Positions 37,118-47,289 of a stretch of 64,000 bases of DNA are shown piece by piece. Origin of the DNA: Chloroflexota bacterium (GTDB taxonomy: Bacteria; Chloroflexota; UBA11872; VXOZ01); NCBI GenBank assembly GCA_965221905.1, contig OZ244922.1:1280001-1344000 (forward strand), written 5' to 3'. The number at the start of each line of letters is the position of its first letter. The first letter of the stretch is position 1. The position numbers were made by a program, and so were the translations under genes. The notes under the pieces were generated by a model. That model saw nothing but the letters and a program-made list of their open reading frames with translations, did no database searches and was not told the DNA's origin.

Positions 37118-38971
37118 GTGGCTAGATGGCTGAAGATCGTAATTCTGGTTGTCATTTTGGTAGCGCTCATCGTCGGTGGCAGGTTCGCGTTCTTGCGGTT
37201 TCTTGGTGGTGACTCCGGCGAAGGCCAAGTGGTTCAAGAAACTGAGTTTGTTACCGTCACGCGTGGGACGATCATGACCACGGTAAATGCTTCAGGGAAC
37301 ATTGTATATCCCGAACAGGTGGAACTTGCCTTCTCCGTAACAGGAGACCTGCGCGAGATGGTCGTGGCCGTAGGCGATGCTGTGGAGAAGGACGCGCCTC
37401 TTGCCTACTTGGACGACTTGGAATTGAGGGATGCAGTATTGCGGGAAGAGTCGAATCTGCGTACGGCTGAGATCAATCTTGAAAAGCTATTGGCTCCCCC
37501 TCCGACCGAGGACGTACGCAAGTCAGAGCTCGCTTTGGAAGCAGCAGAGTCCCAGGCGGAAGCAAGCTTAAGAAGTGCGAGAGATGCTTTGGAAGATGCG
37601 GAAAAGACGCTTGATGCCCTAATGAATCCTGATGAGGCTGCCGTTAAGTCAGCGGAGAAGAAAGTCGCAGATGCAAGGAACGCCTTAGCGCAGGCACAGG
37701 AGAGCCTTGCTGCTCTAAGCGCAGGTGGCAGCGAAGCCAAGGTTCAGGCGGCTGAAAACTCGCTGCAGGAAGCCAGGAATAGGTTGGATGCGGAGAAAGT
37801 GCGGGTACGTACGGATATTGAAAAGTACTCTAATGAACTGGACGAAGCGCGTAAGCGCCGGGAGCGGGCACAAAGAAGCTTCAATGATGAGAATAGTGAT
37901 GACAATGGACGTGAACTGCACGAAGCGCAGAAGAATTTCGACGAGGTGAAGGCGCGTGTGGATCCGGAACTGAGCATACGGCATGCGGAACTCTCTGACA
38001 ATCCGCCGCCGGGAACCATTGTAGGCGAGCTGACGGCTAAGGTGCGAGAAGCTGAAAGCAACCTTGAAATCGTACGTGTTTCGGTGGATAACGATGAGCA
38101 GGGCGCGAAGCGAAAGGTAGCAAGCGCTATGGATTCGCTTGAGATCGCAAAGGATGAACTTAGCGCGCTGCAGCAACCAACTGCGGATAAAGTGGAAGAA
38201 GCCGAAAACAAGGTGGAGAACGCTCGTACTGAGTTAGAAAGTGCGCAGCAAAAGGCGGATAACGATATTGAACGCGCGCGCCTGGATCTGGACAAAGTTC
38301 GCGCCGGTGTAGCTTCGGAGGAAGTTGAACTGCAACAGCTTCAGGTCGAGCGCGCCCAATTGAGTCTCGAAATCGCCAAGCGAAACCTCAACCAGGCCGT
38401 CCTGCGCGCACCGTTTGCCGGTGTGGTGGCAGCCGTAGAAGGCAGCGTCGGTCAGAAAACGGGAACCAAGGTCGTGACTCTCGTGCGTGCGGATCGGATC
38501 GAGATGCGAGCAAGTGTGGACGAAGCCGACGTGTCTTCAATTCGGGTGGGACAGCCGGTGGAGGTGACCACGTACGCTTCGCCGGACGTCAAAATATCAG
38601 GCACGGTCGAGACCATCTCTCCGACCTCCGTGGAACAACAGGGCGTAGTGCTCTATCCCGTAACCATACGGCTGGAACCGGGTGGTCAGAGCCTGCGGGG
38701 CGGACTCTCCGCTAATGCCTCAATTGAGGTATCGAGCCGCGACGACATTCTACTGCTGCCGAATCGAGCAATACGGCGCGAAGGCGACGAACGAGTGGTT
38801 TACGTGCGGCAAGAGGGAGACGAGTTGGAGCGGCGCGTGGTGGAGATAGGCGTGCGAGACAGCGAAGTCTCGGAGATCGTGAGCGGCGTGAGCGAAGGGG
38901 AAGAGGTCGCGATCCAGTCACGCACAGGAGGCAACATCGGCGGTGGCGGGATTGATATACGCACTCGGTAA
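37118..38971 (+). CDS. Efflux periplasmic adaptor (MacA/YknX-like) with very long coiled coil
   Basis: N-terminal TM, lipoyl halves (GDAVEKD, LRAPFAGVV), VDEADV, long helical insert. Confidence 0.88.
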   Translation: MARWLKIVILVVILVALIVGGRFAFLRFLGGDSGEGQVVQETEFVTVTRGTIMTTVNASGNIVYPEQVELAFSVTGDLREMVVAVGDAVEKDAPLAYLDDLELRDAVLREESNLRTAEINLEKLLAPPPTEDVRKSELALEAAESQAEASLRSARDALEDAEKTLDALMNPDEAAVKSAEKKVADARNALAQAQESLAALSAGGSEAKVQAAENSLQEARNRLDAEKVRVRTDIEKYSNELDEARKRRERAQRSFNDENSDDNGRELHEAQKNFDEVKARVDPELSIRHAELSDNPPPGTIVGELTAKVREAESNLEIVRVSVDNDEQGAKRKVASAMDSLEIAKDELSALQQPTADKVEEAENKVENARTELESAQQKADNDIERARLDLDKVRAGVASEEVELQQLQVERAQLSLEIAKRNLNQAVLRAPFAGVVAAVEGSVGQKTGTKVVTLVRADRIEMRASVDEADVSSIRVGQPVEVTTYASPDVKISGTVETISPTSVEQQGVVLYPVTIRLEPGGQSLRGGLSANASIEVSSRDDILLLPNRAIRREGDERVVYVRQEGDELERRVVEIGVRDSEVSEIVSGVSEGEEVAIQSRTGGNIGGGGIDIRTR

Positions 38972-39035
38972 CAGGAAGCATAGTGATTAGTCGTTTGATC
39001 TTGCCTAGGCGCCTTCTGACTCAATAGGGACATCC

Positions 39036-40001
39036 ATGCCTGAAAGTGTGATTGAGACAAGCGACCTCAGGAAGACCTACGTAATGGGGGATTCTGAGAT
39101 TCATGCCCTCGATGGCGTTTCTGTTCAGATCGGGCGAGGTGAATTATTGGCAATCACCGGGCCTTCCGGTTCCGGCAAATCCACACTCATGCACATCTTG
39201 GGCTGCCTGGACCGTCCGGATGCGGGTTCCTATCTGCTCGATGGTGAAGATGTATCCACGCTCAACGACAACCGCTTGGCAGAGATTCGCAACCGCAAGA
39301 TTGGTTTTGTTTTTCAGTCTTTCAACCTACTGCCGCGCGTCAGCGCACTTGAGCAGGTTGAACTTCCCTTGCTCTACGGGGGTGGCAGCAGCCGAAGCAG
39401 GTCTGCGAAGCGAGCTCTCGCAGATAGTGGTGCGGCGGTTGGGTCGGGCAAGGGTCCTGCGGAAATTGCCGGTGCTGAGCAGCGCATCGGTGTGGCAAGA
39501 GATCTAATGCTCCAGCGAGGCGGTGCAGGGTGGCGCGACCGCGCGAAAGAGGCCTTGATTGCCGTAGGCTTGGAAGACCGGATGTCGCACAAGCCCACGG
39601 AGTTGTCAGGAGGTCAGCAGCAGCGTGTGGCTATCGCGCGTGCGTTGGTTACCGACCCTTCGATCATATTGGCAGACGAACCAACGGGAAATCTCGATTC
39701 GCGAACCAGCCAAGAGCTTATGGCGCTGTTATTGCGGCTTAATGCCGACCGCGGGATTACGGTTGTCTTCATTACGCATGAGGAAGAGATTGCGCGTCGC
39801 ACAGACCGCATTCTCCGCATGCGCGACGGTCGCATCGCGGCAGAGGAGCGCGGTAAAATGGGCGGCAGCCCGCCTTCCACAGCCGCTGCAGGTTCAAATA
39901 GTGCTCCAAGAGAGGCCCCGATTCGCGATGGTGTTGCCCCTCTCGGGCAAGCAGAGCGGTCGCCGTCACCGGCATCGCAAGCTGATGAGGTGGGCCCGTG
40001 A
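39036..40001 (+). CDS. ABC transporter ATP-binding protein (MacB/LolD-like)
   Basis: [44 protein letters not shown]. Confidence 0.93.
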   Translation: MPESVIETSDLRKTYVMGDSEIHALDGVSVQIGRGELLAITGPSGSGKSTLMHILGCLDRPDAGSYLLDGEDVSTLNDNRLAEIRNRKIGFVFQSFNLLPRVSALEQVELPLLYGGGSSRSRSAKRALADSGAAVGSGKGPAEIAGAEQRIGVARDLMLQRGGAGWRDRAKEALIAVGLEDRMSHKPTELSGGQQQRVAIARALVTDPSIILADEPTGNLDSRTSQELMALLLRLNADRGITVVFITHEEEIARRTDRILRMRDGRIAAEERGKMGGSPPSTAAAGSNSAPREAPIRDGVAPLGQAERSPSPASQADEVGP

Positions 40002-41257
40002 ACTTTGCGACCTTGAAAGTGGCGATCAGCGCTCTGGCTGCAAACAAGCTGCGCACGAGCCTGACCCTATTGGGCATGATAATCGGCGTGGCGTCGGTTG
40101 TGGCCTTGATGTCAATCGGTCGCGGTGTGGAGAGGCAGATCACCGCTGAGCTGCAGTCGACAGGCACCAACGTGCTCTTCATCTTTAGCGGACGGCCCGG
40201 CGGTTCTGCAAGCGAGGACCCGGTACGCCCACTCACGTACGAGGATGCGCTGGAGCTTGAAGAGTTGACGTGGGATGGGACAGTCGTCGGCGTAGCTACG
40301 GAAGGAAGTGATCGCAGCCTCAGCGTGGTAGCGCAAGGTAGAGATACGAGAGTCACAGTGACAGGTGTGACCGCCAACTATCTGTCGGTGCGCAATCTTA
40401 CTCTGGCGTTTGGACAAATGCTCTCTCCATCGGACTTGGATTCGCGCGCTTCTGTAGCGGTATTGGGCTCCAAAGTCGCAGCAGACCTGTTTCCGGACGA
40501 TGATCCAATCGACCAGACTATCCGCGCGGAGAACCTGCGCCTGCGCGTAATCGGGGTACTGGAGGAACAGGGCGGCAGCGCCGGCTTTGGCGGCAGCAGC
40601 GACAACTCGATTTTGGTGCCGATTACGACCGCGCAGGCCCGTTTGACCAGATTTGTGACTGCTCAAGGCGAGAGGCCCATTAGCTCAATCAGTATAAAGC
40701 TGCTGGATGAAAAGGAAGAGACAATCGATGCGGGCGCGGCGGGCATCAGACAAATCCTGCGCGAACGCCATGAGATTCCCGATGAAGCCGACGATGACTT
40801 TATCATCATGAGTCCCAAAGACCTCATTGAGGCGGTGAGCGCGGCCCTTGGCGTCTTCACGCTCTTTCTAGGCGCGATTGCGGGCATCTCTTTGCTGGTT
40901 GGCGGCATCGGCATCATGAACATCATGCTCGTCTCCGTGACCGAACGCACCCGCGAAATCGGCATCCGTAAGGCAGTGGGCGCGAAACGGCGCGACATAC
41001 TCATCCAGTTTCTCGTCGAAAGCGTGGTGGTGAGCGTTTTGGGAGGCTTGCTTGGGATTCTGTTCGGCACGTTGATTTCGTTCGGTATTGCGCAGATTCC
41101 GCTGGGAGAAGATGGTGAGGGCCTGCAAACCGCGGTCACGCTGGACATCGTCCTGCTTGCCGTGAGCGTGGCGGCTTCTGTGGGCATTTTCTTCGGCATC
41201 TATCCGGCCAATCGCGCCGCGCGCCTCGATCCCATTCAGGCTTTGCGCTACGAGTAG
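39998..41257 (+). CDS. MacB/FtsX-like ABC permease
   Basis: [52 protein letters not shown]. Confidence 0.93.
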   Translation: MNFATLKVAISALAANKLRTSLTLLGMIIGVASVVALMSIGRGVERQITAELQSTGTNVLFIFSGRPGGSASEDPVRPLTYEDALELEELTWDGTVVGVATEGSDRSLSVVAQGRDTRVTVTGVTANYLSVRNLTLAFGQMLSPSDLDSRASVAVLGSKVAADLFPDDDPIDQTIRAENLRLRVIGVLEEQGGSAGFGGSSDNSILVPITTAQARLTRFVTAQGERPISSISIKLLDEKEETIDAGAAGIRQILRERHEIPDEADDDFIIMSPKDLIEAVSAALGVFTLFLGAIAGISLLVGGIGIMNIMLVSVTERTREIGIRKAVGAKRRDILIQFLVESVVVSVLGGLLGILFGTLISFGIAQIPLGEDGEGLQTAVTLDIVLLAVSVAASVGIFFGIYPANRAARLDPIQALRYE

Positions 41258-41351
41258 AAGCGCGTGGCTTGCCCTTCGTCCCAATGGGCATGAAGAGAGA
41301 CTTTGCCTACAGACCAAGCTGCCTTAGAAACTGCTGTCAGGGAGGGCTGAT

Positions 41352-41963
41352 GTGAGTCAAAAATCGTCGTACGATGGGAGGTACGCGGGCCAAGAGTACT
41401 ATTGGGGCACAAAGCCGTCTGCAATTTGCCATCAAGTCTTGCAGCTATTGCCTCCCGATCAGCCGGTTTCACTCCTCGATATTGGTTGTGGAGAAGGCAG
41501 GAACGCGGTTTTCTTCGCGCATAACGGGTACGGGGTAACCGCCTTTGATTCGTCGGCAGCAGGCGTAGCGAAGACGGAACGCCTTGCTGAGGCAGCGAAC
41601 GTTCCGATCGCCGTTTTTCAAGCTGACATGAATCAGCATAGGTTAGAAGGCAAATTCGACGTCTTGTTCTCTACCGGCGTCTTCCACCTCATTCCCCGCA
41701 AACTGCGACAGGAAGTCTTCGCCCACTATAAGGGACACACAAACTGCGGCGGATTGAACGTCTTCTCCGTGTTCGTTCGCAAGCCCTTCATCGGTAAAGC
41801 GCCGGATGGGGACCCGGGCGCGGAGCCCTGGCTGTCGGGGGAGCTCCTAACGCTCTACCATGACTGGAAGATCGAGTATTGCACGGAAGAGATCTTCGAC
41901 TGCATGTCCGGCGGCATTCCGCATCAGCATGCGATGAGTCGGATGATAGCGCGGAAGCCGTAG
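41352..41963 (+). CDS. Class I SAM methyltransferase (TehB-like)
   Basis: LDIGCGEGRNA motif I. Confidence 0.85.
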   Translation: MSQKSSYDGRYAGQEYYWGTKPSAICHQVLQLLPPDQPVSLLDIGCGEGRNAVFFAHNGYGVTAFDSSAAGVAKTERLAEAANVPIAVFQADMNQHRLEGKFDVLFSTGVFHLIPRKLRQEVFAHYKGHTNCGGLNVFSVFVRKPFIGKAPDGDPGAEPWLSGELLTLYHDWKIEYCTEEIFDCMSGGIPHQHAMSRMIARKP

Positions 41964-42064
41964 CGCCATAATTGCATGCTTCCGGCAAGAGCGTCCAATT
42001 GCTCGAATCCTCCCCCAATAAACCTCAGCGGGTACTGGAAATGCAGCGATACCGGGCGCGTTGC

Positions 42065-42928
42065 CTACAGGTCTTTCCGCGCGAAGACTCGCACCCCCAA
42101 GAGCACCGCGAAGGTGATGTACAGGAGTGCCCAAACGAGCATGAAGGCTGAGGGTTGACTGAAGCCTTCGAAGGGGCCGCCGCCTGCCAGGAAAGCGAGT
42201 TCTTGTACGTTCAACCGCTGGGCGGCCATGCGCCACAGTGCGTCGGAAGGCAGCAGCAAGCTGGAAATGACGCCGATATTCTGCATTACTTGGTTATCCA
42301 GGAGAATGCCAAGCTGTTCCACCATGCCTCCCACCAGGGCGAGACCGTAGAGCATGATGACAGTGACGCCCGCCGTGAGTGTTGAGAGTAACGTGCTGGC
42401 GCACACGGAAACACAGGTGAGCAGAATCCCAAGCAGAGCGAGCAGTAGCGCCGACTGCAGGCCCGACCAGGAATAGAAACCTGCAAAGAGCCAGGTGAGG
42501 ATCAGTAGTGCTAGGGTGGTGCCGATGGCGAAACTGGCAGACATTGCTCCCAACCCGCAGCACTTGCCGACGAGCACCTGCCAACGGCTGAGGGGTTTCG
42601 GAATGATGGCGTGGAGCGTGTTCTGCTCGACTTCGGTCGCAATCGCGCCCGCAGAGGTGAAGATTGCCACCAGCGCCGTGAGCATGCCGGCCACGTTTAG
42701 CGCCGCTGCGAGGAGTTGGCCGGATACGGCGTCGCGAAATACGTCCGGATCAATGAAACGGTCGGGCACTGCCAGGTCGCGCATTACGAAGTACATGCCC
42801 AAGCCAAAGAGCGCGAGAAAGGCGGCCGCCAGCAGCACCCCGCCCAGCACGGCTTTCTTGCGCACGCCTTCCTGCAAGGTGATTTTGGCGATGATGAGAA
42901 TCGGCGCTATCAAGCGGGTATGCTCCAC
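42065..42928 (-). CDS. ABC-2-type transporter permease
   Basis: About 6 TM, KPLSRWQVLVGK, C-terminal FARKDL. Downstream of an ABC ATPase. Confidence 0.85.
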   Translation of the reverse strand: MEHTRLIAPILIIAKITLQEGVRKKAVLGGVLLAAAFLALFGLGMYFVMRDLAVPDRFIDPDVFRDAVSGQLLAAALNVAGMLTALVAIFTSAGAIATEVEQNTLHAIIPKPLSRWQVLVGKCCGLGAMSASFAIGTTLALLILTWLFAGFYSWSGLQSALLLALLGILLTCVSVCASTLLSTLTAGVTVIMLYGLALVGGMVEQLGILLDNQVMQNIGVISSLLLPSDALWRMAAQRLNVQELAFLAGGGPFEGFSQPSAFMLVWALLYITFAVLLGVRVFARKDL

Positions 42929-43048
42929 GATAGTGCTAGAGAGTGTTGCATTTCATCCATGCGGAAAGTGCCAATGACCTTTGGTCCTTCTTTAGATTGG
43001 CGCCTCACATATTCTAGGCGCTGCTTCGACTGCAATCATTTGTTATCA

Positions 43049-43963
43049 TTACGAGCCGGTGTCTTCTACCGTACGCACGAAAAGGTCTTCCAGGCTCTCG
43101 TGGCGCAGCGCTACGTGGTGCACAGAGACGCCGGCGGTGACGAGGAGATCGACCACGCGCGGCACTTCGTTGGGTTCCGTCAGCGCCAGCGTAAGCCTAT
43201 CGCCCTCGTGCGCCATGATTGACCACTGCTCCTTCACACGCGCCAAGACGTCGTCTCCAATGCCCTGCGCCTGCACGTCCAGCAGGCGGTGCGGGGCGAG
43301 AAGATCGTCCAAGGCACCATCCCGCACCACCTCACCGCGCTGGATGATCGCCACCCGGTCGCAGACCGCCTCCACCTCGGACAGGAGATGGGAATTGAGA
43401 AACACCGTCTTTTGTTCTGCTTTGAGCTGGCGGATGATATCCCGCACCAGGCGGCGACCGATGGGGTCGAGAGCGCTGGTGGGTTCATCGAGGAAGACTA
43501 ATTGCGGATCGTGCAATAGGGCCTGGGCGATGCCGATGCGTTGGAGCATGCCCTTGGAGAAGGTGTGCAGTTGCTTTGCGGCGGCGTGTTCCAGGTTGAC
43601 GAGCGCCAGCACGTCCGAGATGCGTTGCTTGCGCTTTGTGGCGCTCATGCCGTAGAGCTGGCCGTGAAAGTCCAGAAACTCCTGCGCGGTGAACCACTCG
43701 TGAAAGCGAAATAGTTCCGGCAAAAAGCCAATTTCGGCTTTGACGTGGCGATCACCCAAGGGAGCGCCGAGGAGTGTGCCGCTGCCACCCGTAGGAAAAA
43801 CTAGACCCAGCAGCATCTTCACACACGTGCTCTTGCCTGCGCCGTTTGGACCGAGGAAACCGAAGATTTCTCCTTTAGGGACGGAGAGGTCGAGACTCGC
43901 GACAGCCGGCGTGTTGCCGTAGACTTTGCGTAGCTGGTGAGTTGTAATTGCTGGTTCGGGCAT
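43049..43963 (-). CDS. ABC transporter ATP-binding protein
   Basis: GPNGAGKST, FSKGMLQR, LDEPTSALD, NSHLLSE. Confidence 0.92.
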   Translation of the reverse strand: MPEPAITTHQLRKVYGNTPAVASLDLSVPKGEIFGFLGPNGAGKSTCVKMLLGLVFPTGGSGTLLGAPLGDRHVKAEIGFLPELFRFHEWFTAQEFLDFHGQLYGMSATKRKQRISDVLALVNLEHAAAKQLHTFSKGMLQRIGIAQALLHDPQLVFLDEPTSALDPIGRRLVRDIIRQLKAEQKTVFLNSHLLSEVEAVCDRVAIIQRGEVVRDGALDDLLAPHRLLDVQAQGIGDDVLARVKEQWSIMAHEGDRLTLALTEPNEVPRVVDLLVTAGVSVHHVALRHESLEDLFVRTVEDTGS

Positions 43964-43977
43964 GGAAGGCGTTAGGC

Positions 43978-44754
43978 TTATGCTAAGAGCGTATGAGTGT
44001 GGTTCTGTTGTGCGAACGTGGCCCGCGCATTCTTGTAAAAAATCTGCTCCTTCTCGTCAGCCGAGATGTCCGCTGCATGTACTTTCGCCAATTGCGAGAT
44101 GAAGGAGCGACCGGTGCCATCACTTCCCTGGACGATATGGTCGGCGCCGACGTACTTTACGAGCATCTCCGTGTAGCCGTTGGTTGCCTCGCAGCCGCCG
44201 ATGTCCAGGTAGACGTTCGGTAGCCCGCGCGCTAGTTTAATCGTATATTCCACATCGCCGCTGGCGTGCCCCCAAAAGAAATCCACGTTTGGATGACGTA
44301 AGGCTGCATTGCGCATGTCAAACGGATCGGTCTCGCCGGGGAGGTTGCCCGTAACTTCCATCCAGGTGTGTTGCAATACGGGCAGCCGGTGTTCGGCGCA
44401 TACCGCGAAAACAGCGTCAACGCACGGATTATTCGCTTTTACCGCCGTCCAAAGTTTTACGCCCTGAGGGCCATGATAGTCTTTGACCCGCCGCTCCAAC
44501 TCGTCAACGGCGAACTGGCCGTGGGCTGGGTTGAGATACCACATGGGGATGACGCGATCGGGATTGGCAGCGGCAACCGCGGCGGTACGGTCGTTGCAAA
44601 GCGATACAAACTGCCGGGACGGAGAATTTGGCGAACTGCTGCCCTCCAGGTTGATGCTGTTGAGACATAGAATCATGTTGAGCTGCGCGGCCTGCCGCAG
44701 CGCGCGGGCGAGCATCGGCTTTGAACGAATGTGCACGTGGACGTCAATGATCAT
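43978..44754 (-). CDS. Amidohydrolase family protein
   Basis: IIDVHVH, GVKL, LQHT, GHASG, YLD, GSD. Start set at MIIDVH. Confidence 0.85.
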   Translation of the reverse strand: MIIDVHVHIRSKPMLARALRQAAQLNMILCLNSINLEGSSSPNSPSRQFVSLCNDRTAAVAAANPDRVIPMWYLNPAHGQFAVDELERRVKDYHGPQGVKLWTAVKANNPCVDAVFAVCAEHRLPVLQHTWMEVTGNLPGETDPFDMRNAALRHPNVDFFWGHASGDVEYTIKLARGLPNVYLDIGGCEATNGYTEMLVKYVGADHIVQGSDGTGRSFISQLAKVHAADISADEKEQIFYKNARATFAQQNHTHTLLA

Positions 44755-44853
44755 GCAGAGTCTCTTTGGATGTTCTTGTCGCTTTTCTGGACCAGTTTGT
44801 ACCGAACACAAGAGTTCCATGGGTCACACTGCTGCCCTTGCTGCGCTATGTGT

Positions 44854-44888
44854 TCCGTTCACCCTTCGACAGGCTCAGGGCGAACGGA
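44854..44888. repeat. Family-A REP, unoccupied (potential IS110 target)
   Basis: TCCGTTCACCCTTCGACAGGCTCAGGGCGAACGGA. Confidence 0.85.
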
Positions 44889-45154
44889 TTGGGCAGCCTG
44901 TTTGCCATGGCCCAGATGCCTTGTTTCATTTGCTTCTCGATGCGCCAAGTAGCGAGACCCAGGTTTGGGCTCGGCACGAATATCTCGGCACGAATGAAAG
45001 GTGTAGCAGTCTGTCACAAGCGCAATATCCCGTCCGGCAAACGCATATTCCAGGCTGCGGCATTCAGGGCGTGGGTACGTTGGCATCGTCGTACCTCTTC
45101 TTTCATTCTATACTATGCCGTAGCGCAAGTATGAGATGTACCTAAGGATCGCTT

Positions 45155-45877
45155 GTGGAACTACTGTTCGGCTTTCATCCCGTGCGGGAGGCGTTGCGCG
45201 CCGGGCGCGTGCCGCACGCTGTTTGGGTAGTGGAGGGAGCTAAGGGGCTGGGGGAAATTGTCGCCTTGACGCGTGCGAGTGGGGCGCCTGCGCAGACGGT
45301 CACGCGGCAGGAGCTAGGGAATCTCTGCCAAAGCTCCCATCACCAGAACGTCGCCGCGCGTTTTCCCGACCGCACGTTGCACTCGCTCGACCATCCGCTG
45401 GCGGTCGCGGAACAACGCGGGCAACTGCCGTTCTTGCTGGCGCTCGACCATCTGCAAGACCCGCAGAATCTCGGGTCGCTGTTGCGCACGGCGGAGGCGG
45501 TGGGGGTGCATGGCGTGGCGCTTCCGAAGGACCGCAGCGCCGCGGTGACCACAACTGTCGCGCGGGCATCGAGCGGTGCAGTGGAGCACCTGGCGCTGTG
45601 TGGCGTAACCAACCTCATGCGTGCGCTGGCGTGGTACAAAGAACGCGGCGTGTGGGTGGTGGGTCTCGATACCGCCGGAGAGACACGCTATGATGACCTC
45701 GCATATGACTGGCCGGTAGTGGTCGTGGTAGGCAGCGAGGACAAAGGATTGCGCCCTTTGATACAGCGCGCCTGCGACTACCGCTTGCACATTCCGATGA
45801 CGGGCAAGGTGGCGTCCCTCAACGCCGCCGTGGCAGGCTCAATCCTGCTCTACCATGTCTGGCGCGCACGCGAATAG
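45155..45877 (+). CDS. rlmB: 23S rRNA (guanosine-2'-O)-methyltransferase, SPOUT family
   Basis: GFHPVREAL, HQNV, QDPQNLGSLLRTA, GSEDKG, SLNAAVA. Confidence 0.92.
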   Translation: MELLFGFHPVREALRAGRVPHAVWVVEGAKGLGEIVALTRASGAPAQTVTRQELGNLCQSSHHQNVAARFPDRTLHSLDHPLAVAEQRGQLPFLLALDHLQDPQNLGSLLRTAEAVGVHGVALPKDRSAAVTTTVARASSGAVEHLALCGVTNLMRALAWYKERGVWVVGLDTAGETRYDDLAYDWPVVVVVGSEDKGLRPLIQRACDYRLHIPMTGKVASLNAAVAGSILLYHVWRARE

Positions 45878-45998
45878 GCGAGCGCGTACGGAAAGCGAGT
45901 ATATTTACATAAGATGGGAACTGAGTCCTCATATTCGGCGCGCACAGTTGCGCAACTGTGCGCGAAAATTCGGGCCTAGTGTGGCAAAAGACAGTCGA

Positions 45999-47186
45999 CT
46001 ACCGCACTGCGGCGGCGTAAGCTTTCTCAGCCTCTTGTGCCAAGACGTCCCAGTGGCAGTGCGACCAGACGTGGCCTTGCGCGGCGGCGCCGAGTTGTTG
46101 TGCGCGGGCGGGGTCGCCGAGCAGGCCGGTGACGGCTGCCGCAAAGGCATCTGTGTTACCGGGCTTGACGAGTAGGCCCGTCTCTTGATGGTTGATGTAC
46201 CTGGCGGCTTCGCCCACACTCTCGGCCACCACGGGGCGGCCTGCCGCCATGAGTTCCACGAGCTTTGCGGGGCACTTGGCTCGGTTGAGCAGCGTATCGT
46301 CGAGCGGATAGAGCGCAACGTCCGCTGCCGCTACGTATGCGGGCAAGGCGGACGGTTCCTGCCAGCCGGCCAGCACGACTCGGTCTCCGAGGCCAGCGCG
46401 TGCCAAGCCGGCAGCCAAGTCCTGCTCCTCCCCGTGCGGGCCTGACCCGACAACCAGGAGCATGCTCTGTGGCAAAGCGTGCGCCACGCGCGTGAAGACT
46501 GCGGCGGCACGCTCCACGCCAAACTCGAAGAATCGCGAATAGAGCAGCACGACCGGGCGGCCGGTAAGCCCATAGTGGGCACGAATTCTCCCTCCATCTG
46601 CGTCTCGCCATTGAGCGTAAAGCGTTTCATCCACCCCGTTGGGAACGTAGGAGAGGCGCTGTGCGGGCACATCAAGATTACGCGCTTGGCCGATGAGCGT
46701 TTGGCTTGCCGCAGTCAGTGCGCTGGCGTGCCGGATGCCCCACAGTTCCTGCCAGGCAAACATGTGCCGGCTGAGGGCAGAATACTGTCCCCGTTCGTTC
46801 CAGCCGCCACGGCCCTCCCAATCGTCAATGTCGAGGACTACACGCTGCTGCCGCAAGGCCCACAAGGCGAACTGCGCAATACCGGTTACGCCCTTCGGCT
46901 TGAAGACGTGAATGACGTCCGGCGTTGTGCGCCGTGCGGCGCGAGCCAGCGCGAGGCCCAGCAGCGCAAGAGAGGCATTGCCGGGGTTCGACCCAACCGG
47001 CAGGTTGCGTACGCGGACTCCCTGATCTTCCCACTGATCGCCGCTGTCCTTGGGATGGTCGTACGGGGGAATCAGCACGGTGACTGCATGGCCGCGCCGC
47101 GCCAAAGCCCGCGCCAAGGGCATCACCCGTACGCGGGCGGTGCCTTTCGGCTGAATGGCAAATGGGGCAAGCAGCGTAATTTTCAT
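45999..47186 (-). CDS. Glycosyltransferase family 4
   Basis: PDVIH, VPNGVD, CPAKLVELMAAGRPVV. Start set at MKITLL. Confidence 0.88.
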   Translation of the reverse strand: MKITLLAPFAIQPKGTARVRVMPLARALARRGHAVTVLIPPYDHPKDSGDQWEDQGVRVRNLPVGSNPGNASLALLGLALARAARRTTPDVIHVFKPKGVTGIAQFALWALRQQRVVLDIDDWEGRGGWNERGQYSALSRHMFAWQELWGIRHASALTAASQTLIGQARNLDVPAQRLSYVPNGVDETLYAQWRDADGGRIRAHYGLTGRPVVLLYSRFFEFGVERAAAVFTRVAHALPQSMLLVVGSGPHGEEQDLAAGLARAGLGDRVVLAGWQEPSALPAYVAAADVALYPLDDTLLNRAKCPAKLVELMAAGRPVVAESVGEAARYINHQETGLLVKPGNTDAFAAAVTGLLGDPARAQQLGAAAQGHVWSHCHWDVLAQEAEKAYAAAVR

Positions 47187-47289
47187 GGCCGCGCCGTCAG
47201 CACGTGTGAGCACCGGCGGGAGAGGATAGGGCCTCGGAATGCAATGGCAATTTGAACGGCCTCTCGTCACCTAAGCAGAGGTATGCACT

